A stretch of 62,507 nucleotides of DNA, the filler included, from Scyliorhinus canicula (lineage: Eukaryota), in assembly GCF_902713615.1 (NCBI RefSeq). It is 6 parts of 6 records of this genome, joined end to end, with 100 filler letters (N's around TTAATTAATTAA, not from the genome) between each part and the next. Parts side by side here need not be neighbours in the genome. Positions count along the whole stretch, not along the records: positions 1 to 16,309 come from NW_024055483.1; 5 more parts are not named here. One strand, written 5' to 3'. How positions within the stretch are numbered: position 1 is the stretch's first letter; each line of letters begins with the position of its first letter. The position numbers and the translations under genes were made by a program. The notes beneath the pieces are model-generated. The model made no database searches. It worked only from the letters and a program-made list of their open reading frames with translations, and was not told the DNA's origin. Shown here in pieces: positions 1 through 10,564 of the stretch.

Positions 1-68
1 ACATTGACACCAGCTCGCACTGTGAGCACACACCTGACCATCACCTTAAATACTTTTCATACATCACA

Positions 69-82
69 CTGCCCTCTGGCGG
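69..82 (-). promoter_or_regulatory. CTCF-binding-element-like motif
   Basis: The minus strand reads CCGCCAGAGGGCAG, close to the CTCF core CCASYAGRKGGCRS. Motif match only. Confidence 0.45.
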
Positions 83-589
83 TGTGAACTGGTAAGTACA
101 CGGTGCAATTATTCACTTCAAATGCCAACAAGTTGCAGTTCACGATATAGTAACGAATGAGGACAGGTATTCCCCCTTCCTCCTTTAGCTATTTTATTGC
201 GGGAGAGACTAATCTCACCTTCATGTCTGCTGTCCACCGATTGCGGTGCCTTTTGCTCACTCACTCTTCCTGCAAATCTGACCAGTCGGTTTGACAAGAC
301 GAAGATCCTGATGAAGGTCCTTATATCATTTTCCAATTTGAACCCGTCAAATGCGAACTCGTCTCTCTATCGGACATTTGTAACATCCCAACAGTAACAG
401 CAGCAGTGAAAACACATGATAATAAATAACTTTTTTAAAAATTCAAGTTTCATATCAGTGTTAAAATAATGTTTCTGTTTCCGCATTGGCTCCCTCCATC
501 ACATTTTCTTCACTAAAGATACTCACCCCTCCCACTGCCCTCGGTGGCAGCTACAATCACTACAATGTGCGCTTAAAAATACCTGTCCA

Positions 590-1290
590 GTTTCTGGAAC
601 ATAAGGCCATAAGACATAGGGGCAGAATGAGGCCATTTGGCCCATCACGTTTGCTCCTCCGGTCAAACACAGCTGATGTACTTCTCATACCCAATCTCCT
701 GCCTTCTCCGCATATCCCTGGTTCGCTTATTNNNNNNNNNNNNNNNNNNNNNNNNNNNNNNNNNNNNNNNNNNNNNNNNNNNNNNNNNNNNNNNNNNNNN
801 NNNNNNNNNNNNNNNNNNNNNNNNNNNNNNNAATATCCCAGCTATCTAGCCTCTCCTCAGAGCTGAAACATTCCTGCCCAGATAACCTCCTGATTAATCT
901 CTTCTGCACCCTCTCTGCTATAATCACATCCTTTCCGTAAGGTGGCGAGCAGATGTGCACAAAATACTCCAGCTGAGGACTAACCAGCATTTTATACGGC
1001 TTCATAATTACCTCCCTGCTCTTATATTCCATGTCTCAGCTAACAAAGGCAAGTATCCTGTATGTCTTCTTCACCACCTTATCTACTTGCCCAGTTGCCT
1101 GCGGGGATCTGTGGGCATGAACACCACGGTCCTGTACTTCTTGGTGTGCTGCCATTCATTGTGTGTTTTCTTGCAAAGTTCGTCCTCCCAAAATGCATCA
1201 GTGTTAAATTCCGTTTGTCACTGTTCTGCCCATCTGGCCCTTCCGTCAATATCATCCTGCAATCTATACCATTCCTCCTCGCTATTTAGC
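590..1290 (-). mobile_element. CR1-type LINE 3' fragment (degenerate, interrupted by an N gap)
   Basis: ORF 727..1032 (EYKSREV...PQLEY...ERVQKRLIR) matches the C-terminal part of CR1 ORF2. A CR1-type 3' tail (ataagacataggggcagaatgaggccatt) is near 600-640. Boundaries are approximate. Confidence 0.75.
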
Positions 1291-1586
1291 ACACCGACGA
1301 TTTTCATGCTGTGTGCGAACGACGGTTGGGTATAGCTCAGGAGATTGGAAAGCCAGAAGGGTCTGGATTCCTGTTCCAGCTCTGGAGTGGTTGCGGCCTG
1401 CCTCCCAGTGACGTTGCAATGGGTTGGACCTGCCTTCCGACAGATAGAGCCAGAGAAAGAAGTAACGAGAAGAATCCAGATTTGGATAGTCAGTTCTCAT
1501 TCCTGACATCGATGTTTTCACATACAAATCAATGACCTTCAATCCATTCAGAAACCCCCATTGTGAACCGGGTTGGACAGAATCCT

Positions 1587-1600
1587 CCAGCAGATGGCGC
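1587..1600 (+). promoter_or_regulatory. CTCF-binding-element-like motif
   Basis: CCAGCAGATGGCGC is an exact fit to the CTCF core consensus. It lies ~450 bp beyond the RSS of V1. Motif match only. Confidence 0.55.
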
Positions 1601-2043
1601 AAAGTCCAGGCATGATAGTTAGAAAGTCACATGAGACCAAAGCCAGACGTATATTCAGTGATGTCACAATGGGCCTGGCTCCCTTGCTGTGTCTGGGTGG
1701 GACATTGAGCTGAACAGAGCCCGAGTTCCCTTGCTTCTCTCAATCTCTAACTCATTCCATTCCCAATCACTGAGAGATTCAGTCAGACATGTTTCTAATA
1801 ATACTGGCGGGGCTCTTGCATATTAAGTACTGGATTATGCACCATGGGACCCGTGCCCTCTGGTTGTGACTTCTAAAGAAATAAAATGAATTTAAATGGA
1901 TTCTGACCCTTCTTTTCTGATATGAAAGAGTAAACGCAAATCACGAACAGGCCTCACTCATTGCAGCATATCCATGGAAGTGTTACTAAAATGCCTGCTC
2001 TCGGATAACTGCACAGGCTACACACTTTCAGAATGACCCGGCA

Positions 2044-2082
2044 GGTTTTTGTACGGCGCTGAATGGTTTTCAGTTCACTGTG
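2044..2082 (-). promoter_or_regulatory. Recombination signal sequence (23-RSS) of V1
   Basis: Minus strand: CACAGTG + 23-nt spacer (aactgaaaaccattcagcgccgt) + ACAAAAACC. Heptamer and nonamer are both perfect consensus. Confidence 0.97.
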
Positions 2083-2588
2083 CCTCACTGCACAGAGATA
2101 GGTGGCGGTGTCTGTCACTCGAACGTCACTAACATTCAGAGAGCTGTGTTTCTCTGCTGAACTGAACCGAGCTGTGATCCTGCCCTGATCGCTGGTGCCG
2201 ATCGCCAGGTGCTGCATGGTTCCATCCGGGTATTGAATGTACCATTGGAGGATCTGTCCTGCTACTGTGGTGGAACAGGCCAAGGATGCAACATCTCCCT
2301 CGGTAACAACGATTGACTCTGGAGACTGTGATACCTCTTCACTGCCAGCAGCATCTGAGATGTAAAATAACATGAATAATTTAATATCACACATACCGCG
2401 AGAATATGATATAGCACAATCAACTACAACATGACATAACAATATATACAATAAAGGAAACTGTACGTCCCTATAACATGACATGTCTGATGTGTGACAT
2501 ATTCCTGCCAGATATAGTGATTACACTCACACGGAGAGAAGAGTAAGAAATTCAGGGAGATAATCACTAAAGTAAAGCTCAGCTTCAT
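2083..2588 (-). CDS. TRAV: T-cell receptor alpha/delta-type V gene segment V1 (leader exon 2588-2531, intron 2530-2355, V exon 2354-2083)
   Basis: Leader MKLSFTLVIISLNFLLFSP with a GTGAGT donor and CAG acceptor. The in-frame V exon is AAGSEEVSQSPESIVVTEGDVASLAC...WYIQYP...DTATYLCAVR, with the conserved C, W and C, followed directly by a 23-RSS. Valpha and Vdelta cannot be told apart from sequence alone. Confidence 0.92.
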
Positions 2589-2857
2589 GTTGGATCCTAT
2601 CGATCTGTGTTCAGTAGCTCTCGGTAGTGTTCAGGACCAGAGACAATACCGCGGAGGCAGCGCTGTTGTCCATCAAACTGAGTCTAACACCAACTGCACC
2701 GTGCCCGCCCGAGCCGGGTCTCAGGGGCTTGTGATCACAAAGTGAAGCTGTGAAGGAGATTCAGCATTGGTGGGTGTGGGTAGGAGAATGCGCATGCGCA
2801 GAGCACCGCCTATGTGGAGTCAGACTGAGGACATGTGTGATGTTTCCGTGTAGTTTT

Positions 2858-2889
2858 AGTGACGTAAGTCTGTAAACCGAGTGACGTTA
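2858..2889. promoter_or_regulatory. Two CRE/decamer-like motifs upstream of V1
   Basis: AGTGACGTAA (2858-2867) and AGTGACGTTA (2880-2889) lie ~270-300 bp upstream of the V1 ATG and resemble the CRE-containing decamer of TCR V promoters. An NRF1-like TGCGCATGCGCA is near 2809-2820. Confidence 0.35.
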
Positions 2890-4457
2890 GTGGGACTGGT
2901 TGAAAGGTAAGAAACATTTTTTCCCGGAGCTGATCTGAACATCCAGCCCTGAGATTCAGAGAATTAACAGCTGATCAGGAATAGCAATGCTGGGTTACCC
3001 TGAAGACTGCTTTGATAACGGATCTGTCGGTCTGATCGGATTCTGAAGTTTATTCTTACTGCCGCTGCTGGTAACAGGTGGGTTAGTTTCATTCGAGATC
3101 AATGTGGTCCCCTCCCCCGCCCCGGTGTGGGTTTGTGTGGCTGACATCGCCGCTGCTCGATGGCTCCACATCATGTCTGCATCTGCCCGAGATTCTGTCG
3201 AACTCCAACAGACAGGAGCTCTAAGACACAGTACAAAGTACGGGAGTGGGACTGTTGTCCACCATGAACTCAGTCTGTGAATCCTGCTCCTGAGTAACTA
3301 TTCAGAGCCACTTTCTCCACCCAGAGATACAGAGAGAAGTTTGGCTGCCTGAGCGGTGCTGTTGCTGTATGTTTTTTGCCTCGCTGCTTGTCTGCTGACA
3401 TGAGTAACACAGCACAAGTGAAAGACTGAAACTTTCTCCTGAACACCACACGGACTGCAGCGGTTCAAGAAGGCAGCATCAAAGGTTAAACTAAAAACAG
3501 CAACTTCTTCTTCTGTCTTAACATCAGACGGCAGTAGCCGAGAAACAGAATTCTCATCACTCAGATCAGAAATACACGCTGAAACAGGAAATAATCATAT
3601 GTTTAAAATTCCGATTGAAACCATGATTTCAAATGCGATGAAATGTGTTTGTTCCACAATTACTTTCCGAAATGCCCCGCCCGCACCAACCCCATACAAC
3701 CCAGATACTGGGTGGCTGCATTGTCGCCCTCTGATTTGTAAAGGTTGAAGTTCGAAGCAACACCTTCTATTCCGCACCACCAAGAATCGGTTGTCTTTCT
3801 CAGCATTTTCTCACTTCACTTTCTTGCGTCTCCAATGACGGTTTAAGACCTGTAGGTGGGGAACTGCCCGTCAGTGAATGGGAACAATCCGAGCTGGGAT
3901 ACAGTCAGTACCTTATAAGAAGAATCGCTGCATATTTCCAGACGGAGTTAGGAATGGGTTTGCTGGTCTGGTTATTGTAGGACGGAAAAACATGTTTGTG
4001 AATTGTGTCAGAAAACATTAAACAGACATTCGAAAGGAGAATTAATATTGGAGGGACTCTGACCTTGGCGTTTGTTATAAAGTCTGCAACCACTGCCTCA
4101 TGAAATGTGCTAATTTTCTACAAATGTCTGTGAACCAATAAAATACACCAGTCATCCAGACTCTGTGTATCGGCTTTGATCAAAGGGTCCTAGAAGGGGA
4201 GAACTGAGATGGAAAAGGTTCACACAATAATTCAGACAGAAATGGAAAGATCATAAACAGACTAAGTGTGAGTTACCGAACCATAAATTAACTTGTGAAA
4301 TTCATTTCAATACAAATGCAAGTTATAAACTAACGAATATAAGTATTCAGTTCCTGCTCACTTGTTCGTATTGAGTGTTGTGTTTGATTTTGATGTTGTA
4401 TTAATGAGCCTGTGACCCTCACAGGCTGAGTAGTTGTGTTCGTCTATCATTGCGAGA

Positions 4458-4472
4458 GCGCCCTCTGCTGCG
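4458..4472 (-). promoter_or_regulatory. CTCF-binding-element-like motif just downstream of the V2 RSS
   Basis: The minus strand reads CGCAGCAGAGGGCGC, about 24 bp past the V2 nonamer. Confidence 0.55.
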
Positions 4473-4495
4473 AAGTAACTGGAACTCCCAGTGCG

Positions 4496-4535
4496 AGTTC
4501 ATGTACGGAACCCGCTATAACTCTGCAGCAGTGTG
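4496..4535 (-). promoter_or_regulatory. Non-canonical RSS of V2
   Basis: Minus strand: CACACTG + 24-nt spacer + ACATGAACT (or 23 nt + TACATGAAC). The CAC is intact but the nonamer is degenerate. Confidence 0.8.
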
Positions 4536-4970
4536 GGCTCCATGGCGCAGAAATATACGGCACTGTCGGAGAGATCAGCTCCGGCGATATTTAAAGGAAC
4601 CGTTTGGTTTTCTTTGTGTAAAACAGCCGAGAACCTGGCTGGGAAATATGGAGACTTATCTGAACTGCCCGTGCTATATATTTTCATTACATTCCTCGGA
4701 GGATCCCCGCGATACTGAATGTACCAGAACAGAGTATCAAAAACAGCTGTCGAGTATCTACAGTCCAGGTTAATGATCTGTCCTTCCAGAACCGTTATCT
4801 CAGATCGATCCTGGGACACTGAATCTTCACCATTTGTTCCTGGAACAAAACACAAAATGTATTCAATATCTGGGAGTGAAGATAACACACAGAACACATG
4901 GTGAACATTTAAACATCGACTCACCGGGAAGCATGGCCATTATTATCAGTAACCAACATGGGGAACACAT
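4536..4970 (-). CDS. TRAV: T-cell receptor alpha/delta-type V gene segment V2 (leader exon 4970-4925, intron 4924-4840, V exon 4839-4536)
   Basis: Leader MCSPCWLLIIMAMLP with a GTGAGT donor and CAG acceptor. The in-frame V exon is TNGEDSVSQDRSEITVLEGQIINLDCRYS...LFWYIQYRG...LSDSAVYFCAME, followed by an RSS. Confidence 0.92.
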
Positions 4971-5406
4971 GGTGTCTGGATTAGAGTTCGGCAGAAATAA
5001 ATCCGATTTGAAATATGTTCTGGTATTAAAGCAGAAATTCAGATCAGGAGAATCTTCACTGACTGGGAGACTGAGGGGCGTTTCCCAGCGACATGATTGG
5101 CTGATCTGTCGACCCTGATGACAGTTGGGGCGCCAATCAGTGTTAGTCCTGGACGAATAATATCTTCTGATTCTCTCCTTCTCCCTGTCTTTCTCTGTCC
5201 CTCCATCTCTGTCTTTGTCTCAAGGTCTGCCCCGCCCTATCGCTCGGTCTCTATACATCTGTTTCCCCTTCCTCTGTTTCTGACCCTCTCTCACACACTT
5301 CCTCTGCCTCTTTCTTCCCTTTTCCTTGAAGTTCAGACTGTAGAAAACCCAATTCGTCCAACTTCCTCATTTCAAGGAGTTCATCAAAGTGTTCAGTTAA
5401 TAGGAG

Positions 5407-6186
5407 TGTAAAAGTGGATTTCATTTGGAACTTCGCTGATAGGGTTAATATAACAGTTCTGAAAAGCTCTGTGAAAGAGATGTCAACAGGTCAAGGGATG
5501 AAATAAAGGGAGTGTGTCTGACCGGCATCTGTAAAAGCAAAGATGTCAGATGGTTATGGGATGGAATATAGGGAGTGTGGCATTGGTACTAATTAATGTT
5601 CTGACCGTATCTGTAAAAGCAAAGATGTCAGAAGGTTATGGGATGGAATATAGGGAGTGTGACTTTGGTACTAATTAATGTTCTGACCCGTATCTGTAAA
5701 AGCAGAGAGGTCAAAAAGGCAAAGAATGGAATGAATGGGAACCGTTACTTTATTGCAGAGATAACATAATTAAGCTCGTTTGACCAGTTGGAACAAATAA
5801 ACATTGAAATGTTAAAGGAAGGGCCTTGGAATGAGATAAGCCATATGGCCATGGGATAAGAAAGACCTTTGTGAACAGCATTAATAGTGACTTGTGCTAA
5901 TGATTATGTCAAAAATAACCTCCCGACCTCGAAGAATAATTCCATATATGTACATGTTCTGGATCCTTGCCAAATCATAGGTGTATCTAGGAATTTAAAG
6001 GGACCACCTCTAAGCTGTGATTGTATAAAGAGACAGTCCATATTTTGGACTTTGGCACTTCTCGAAGGTAGTTACCCGACTGCTTAGAGATTTGTCCCGG
6101 CCATAAATAAACGAATATTCGTTACTGACGTGTTCGAGTGTTTTACTTCTGGACTGACGATCAGATACGTGAAAGCGCAATTCACA
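5407..6186 (+). repeat. 5' LTR of the ERV
   Basis: Runs TGTAAAAGTGG...ATTCACA. U3 holds ~2.3 copies of an ~83-bp repeat starting near 5518. AATAAA is near 6106. Nearly identical to 11488-12267. Confidence 0.97.
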
Positions 6187-6188
6187 TT

Positions 6189-6206
6189 TGGTGGCCCGTA
6201 CGGGGA
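6189..6206 (+). promoter_or_regulatory. Primer binding site complementary to tRNA-Ile(AAT)
   Basis: TGGTGGCCCGTACGGGGA is the reverse complement of the 3' end of vertebrate tRNA-Ile(AAT) (...TCCCCGTACGGGCCACCA). It starts 2 nt after the LTR. Confidence 0.9.
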
Positions 6207-6447
6207 TCTCCAGAGGGGTCTGCGCAACTAACCGGCGTAATTGACTGAGCTCGTTCAAAGTAGAGGACGAATTTGGCCCCCAACGTGAGTAAAAATTTCT
6301 TTTCCACCTTGGTATTCGCCTACTACTAGTTTGATCGTTGCTCAGCCTTGCCGTTGGTTTGTCGAGAAGCCTCTGCGAGATCCAGGTCAGTCCAGCGAAC
6401 CCGTTTTAAAGAGGGTAAGTGAGTGAACCCTGTGGTTATCGTCTCTA

Positions 6448-6855
6448 GGGGCAGCCTGGGACTGCCGCCGTGATTCCAGGCAGCGTTCGCTGGAGTTACG
6501 GGCGGGGTTGCCAGGACTGCTGGGGGCAGCCTGAGGAGCCGCCGTGATTCCAGGCAGCGTTCGCTGGAGTTACGGGCGGGGTTCTCAGGATTGCTAGGGG
6601 ACGGTTAACGGGCTGTGGGCAGCCTGGGACTGCCGCCGTGATTCCAGGCAGCGTTCGCTGGAGTTACGGGCGGGGTTGCCAGGACTGTTAGAGGCAGCCT
6701 GAGGAGCCGCTGTGATTCCAGGCAGCGTTCGCTGGAGTTACGGGCGGGGTTCTCGGGATTGCTAGGGGACGGTTAACGGGCTGTGGGCTCCGGACGGGAC
6801 TGCCGCCGTGATTCCAGGCAGCGTTCTCTGGAAGTTACGGGCGGGGTTCTCGGAG
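6448..6855 (+). repeat. GC-rich tandem repeats in the ERV 5' leader
   Basis: The core TGATTCCAGGCAGCGTTC starts at 6471, 6545, 6639, 6713 and 6809 (spacings 74, 94, 74, 96). A candidate major splice donor G|GTAAGT is at 6414/6415. Confidence 0.9.
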
Positions 6856-7041
6856 CCTATCCCCCGGTATAACCCATACCTTCACCGAAGAATTTTACCT
6901 ACTTACCCCTTAATAGCATTGGTGTCCTGGGTCCTGTGTTATTAAGGAAGTGAAGTAAGCTAATAACCACTTAAAATCTGGTCTTCTTGAGTTGTATTAG
7001 CTGTTTAAACTCGGCTGCTTTCCTTGTCTTTCTCCAGCAGG

Positions 7042-7072
<31 letters not shown>

Positions 7073-7816
7073 CTGTTGCTGTTGCAGAGTGCTGCTACTT
7101 CTGCTCCCTGGGTTTATATTCTCTTTCGAAGAGTTATTAAGTTTTAACGACTGTATTGTATATGGGCTTGTTTCACTTTGATAGTTTAAAAGTATCTTTG
7201 ATGTAAACATCTTACTACAACTAATTATTCATTTCAGGAATATCGTCTCCTCTCAGATTTGATTTAAAAAATGCTTTTGTTTCAATAGTTAACTTTTATT
7301 TCTGTGATTTCAAATCGTTTAATTTTCCAATTGTCCCCAGTTCATAACTTTGCCTTTGATTTTGACTTAAATGATGTTTCTCGTAGCCAGGTCATCTCCA
7401 ATTTTCTTTTAATTAACTTGATGTTTGTAGAATTTTACCCCTTAAATTGACACTAAATTCGACTGAGCATCTTCCATTCTTTCCAGCTGTTTACTAAGAG
7501 AGTTTATTTCAATTAAGGTGTGAAACTTTGCTCTTAGCTGTATGCTAAAATTTAACTTGGTTGTGACTTGAAAGACTTGCCTGTTTTAAACATTCGTCAC
7601 TTAATGCAATTGAAACTCTCATCCATGCTTTTTCAGATGCTTTCTGAGATAGTTACAGTCCATGAAGGTGTGAGCCATTGTTTCTGCTGAAACCTGCTTG
7701 TGCGCAAGAATCTGCATTTTGTAACCCTGCTCTCTGCAGCTGCTATTAACCTTTTGTGCGATCTTTCCCTGTACCCTCTCAAACCAGATATTGCCAGGCT
7801 TTCATGTTTCAAATGA

Positions 7817-8206
7817 CACATTTTTCTGTATTATCAAGAACCCACCGCAAAGAAATTAATTGCCTTGTGGAGGGAATACTGTCAGTCAGTGAAAGATGCA
7901 TCTAAACTGGCTAGCTGGCAGGCAAATGCCTCAAAATTGGGTATTGGCCTCACCAAAGGGGGAATTGTTAAAACAGTAGAGGTCTTCAAAAGGGAATGTA
8001 AAGAATATAAGAAACGTAAGAATGCTAATCCTACCCTGGCGCCGGTCAGCAATGCGCAGCAAGGTTGGGAGGAGGGGGACGATGGGGATGAGGAACATCT
8101 GTTCAATTGCGGGGGACGTCAAAAGCCCCCACAGCCCCCACAGCCTCCACAGCCCCCACAGCCACCTCCGCCACCGCCCCTGGAATGTGATCAGTATTAT
8201 GAGTAA
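7817..8206 (+). pseudogene. Possible gag N-terminal remnant (no initiator Met; proline-rich end)
   Basis: Open frame HIFLYYQEPTAKKLIALWREYC...PPQPPQPPQPPQPPPPPPLECDQYYE sits in the gag position. No capsid or zinc-knuckle motif is present, so the assignment is positional only. Confidence 0.4.
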
Positions 8207-8347
8207 CTCAGTATGTTCAGAACTACCATGGTCTCAGAATAAACAGATAAAGAATTTGTGCTGGGCAGTTTCGAAACTGCTGCGTTGAAATTGACACTGC
8301 ATGGCTCCGCAGGGTCCTAGTGCCCGCAGAGCACAAACAGTCACTAG

Positions 8348-10520
8348 CAGAACCGCCTCAAGGAGGCACTCCTCCAGGCCCCTGCCCTTGGTCGACCCTT
8401 ATATGATCGCCCTTTTCAGCTCTATTGCACAGTCCTTGCCGACTGCGCCACAGCTGTCCTGACCCAACGCCACGGCGACCGCTGTCGCCCGGTTGCATAC
8501 TACTCCTCTAAACTCGATCCGGTAGCCCTTGGCTATCCTATCTGTACCCAAATTCTTGCAGCTATCTACAACAGCCTGCAATCGGCTGCTAATATTACCC
8601 TCCAACAAGATATCACTGTCTATAGTTCCCATTCTGTTACGGCCCTTTTGGGACAGCTACAGACTCAGCATCTCACGATGGCTCGTCAGAATAGATATGA
8701 GATTGCTCTCCTTCATAACCCAAAGGTCCAGTTTGCCCACTGCACCACTATCAACCCTGCTAACTTTTTGACGCATCCTCCCACAGACATGCTCGACCCA
8801 ACTCATGACTGTCTGCAACTGTTGCAAGAAGTCTCCTCGGTTCGAGACGACCTCTCCGATATACCCCTCCCAAGTGCGGATTGTTCCTTTTTCACCGATG
8901 GAAGTTCTTCCGTCGGCGAAAGGGGGGATAGACAATCTGGCTATGCAATCATCGATCAAGACGGTGACGTAGTAGAAGCAGCAGCATTTGAAGTTCCCTT
9001 TTCTGCCCAACAGGCAGAATTGTTTGCGTTAATACGAGCATGCATATTGGCACAGGGGAGGAAGGTTAATATTTATACAGATTCCCGATACGCCTTCGGG
9101 GTAGTACATGATTTCGGGCAATTATGGAAAAACAGAGGATTTCTAACCTCCGCTGGTACACCCATCTCACACCAGCAGTTAGTAACCCAGTTATTGCAGG
9201 CCCTTATGCTCCCAGACAAGATAGCGGTGATAAAATGCGCAGCGCATACAAAAGGCACAGGACTGGTGGAAACGGGCAACAGGAGAGCGGACGAGAAGGC
9301 AAAAGAAATTTCTAAATCTGCAAACTAATGGTGCCTAGAATGATGAGGCAGACTAAAACCCCCTCGGGAAAGTCCCCCTCTGAAAAACCTATGCCAACCA
9401 TTGCTGACATAATCCAAATGCAGGAGGACGCTCCTGCAACTGCTGTAAATATGTGGAAAAACTTAGGATGTATATATGATATCGAAAATAAGCTGTGGGT
9501 CACCCCGGTAGGACAAACATGTATGACCGATGCATTAGCAGCCTGGGTGACCGAATGTGTACACTTTGCAACTCACTGTGGAGCTCGTGCCACAGGGGAC
9601 ATATTGTTAAAAAGCTGGTGGCACCCACGACTGCAAGAAATGGCCCAACAAATTAGCAGTCGGTGCCTAATCTGTCAACAGCACAACCCCGGTAAGGCCG
9701 TCCCCTGTGATCCTGGCACAACCCCCTTACCTGAGGGTCCATTTGAGACCCTGCAAATGGATTACATTGAGTTGGAAAGATGTCAATGCTATAAATATGT
9801 GTTAGTCATTGTGGACACTTTTAGCAAATGGATCGAGGCCTACCCGACTACGGATAACAAGGCCTCGACAGTAGTTAAGGTGTTAATGCGAGAAATTGTT
9901 CCGCGATTTGGATGAGCTCTGACAATGGTCCCCACTTCATAGGTCAAATCAATAAGGAATTCTGTGCTCTGCTAGGAATAAAGCAACAGTTTCATTGTGC
10001 CTACAGACCACAAGCCGCTGGAGTGGTGGAAAGGGCTAATCAGACTCTAAAGACTAAACTCGCTAAACTACAAGCAGACACTGGGGCCACTTGGCTCAAA
10101 CTCCTGCCTTTAGCACTCTTCCAGCTACGTGTCACCCCCGCAGGAAAAACTCGCCTAAGCCCAGCGGAAATACTATATGGCAGACCCTTTCGAACGCCTT
10201 GGGACAGCAGTGTTCCACGGAATGTTCAATTCCATTACATGACTACCGAGATGGCTAATTATATATTAACACTAACTAGAATTTTGAAAGGGTTACACTC
10301 CCGAGTTCGTGCCACCCAGGAAGAAGTCCCATCCATTACTCATGACGTCTCCATCAACCCTGGGGATTATGTCCTAATTCGAAATTGGACACGTAAAGGT
10401 TTGGAACCTCGATGGGAGGGTCCCCTACAGGTTCTACTCACTACCCCCACTGCAGTAAAAGTGGAGGGCCGGAACGCATGGGTACATATGCACCATTGTA
10501 AGTTAATTAAGTATCCATGA
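8348..10520 (+). pseudogene. pol: ERV pol remnant: RT connection/tether, RNase H and integrase; protease and RT polymerase core absent; two frameshifts
   Basis: Tether NRLKEALLQAPALG...PVAYYSSKLDPVA; RNase H FFTDGSS, SAQQAEL, NIYTDSRYAF, GNRRAD; integrase H..THCG..C..C, QMDYIEL, SDNGPHF, VERANQTLK, WEGP. Frame breaks occur at ~9326 and ~9912. Confidence 0.93.
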
Positions 10521-10564
10521 TGTTCTAAACTTTTCCTTTAAGTCCTAGGAACACGAGTACCAGG

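Noticed and set aside
18-24. CACTGTG heptamer at the window start
   Set aside because: No V or J reading frame adjoins it, and any nonamer would lie outside the window.
5887-6087. Identical 66-aa ORF in both LTRs (also 11968-12168)
   Set aside because: It starts at GTG, has no recognisable domain, and the duplication simply reflects LTR identity.
6971-7210. QQQQERERER ORF on the minus strand of the ERV
   Set aside because: It is produced by the (CT)n microsatellite and adjacent CTG triplets.
9326-9915. TAATG and ATGA stop-start overlaps in pol suggesting termination-reinitiation
   Set aside because: The second break removes residues from the conserved integrase RFG-x-P-x-x-I-x-SDNG motif, so these are most simply small deletions. 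An intact relative with the same overlaps would reopen the question.
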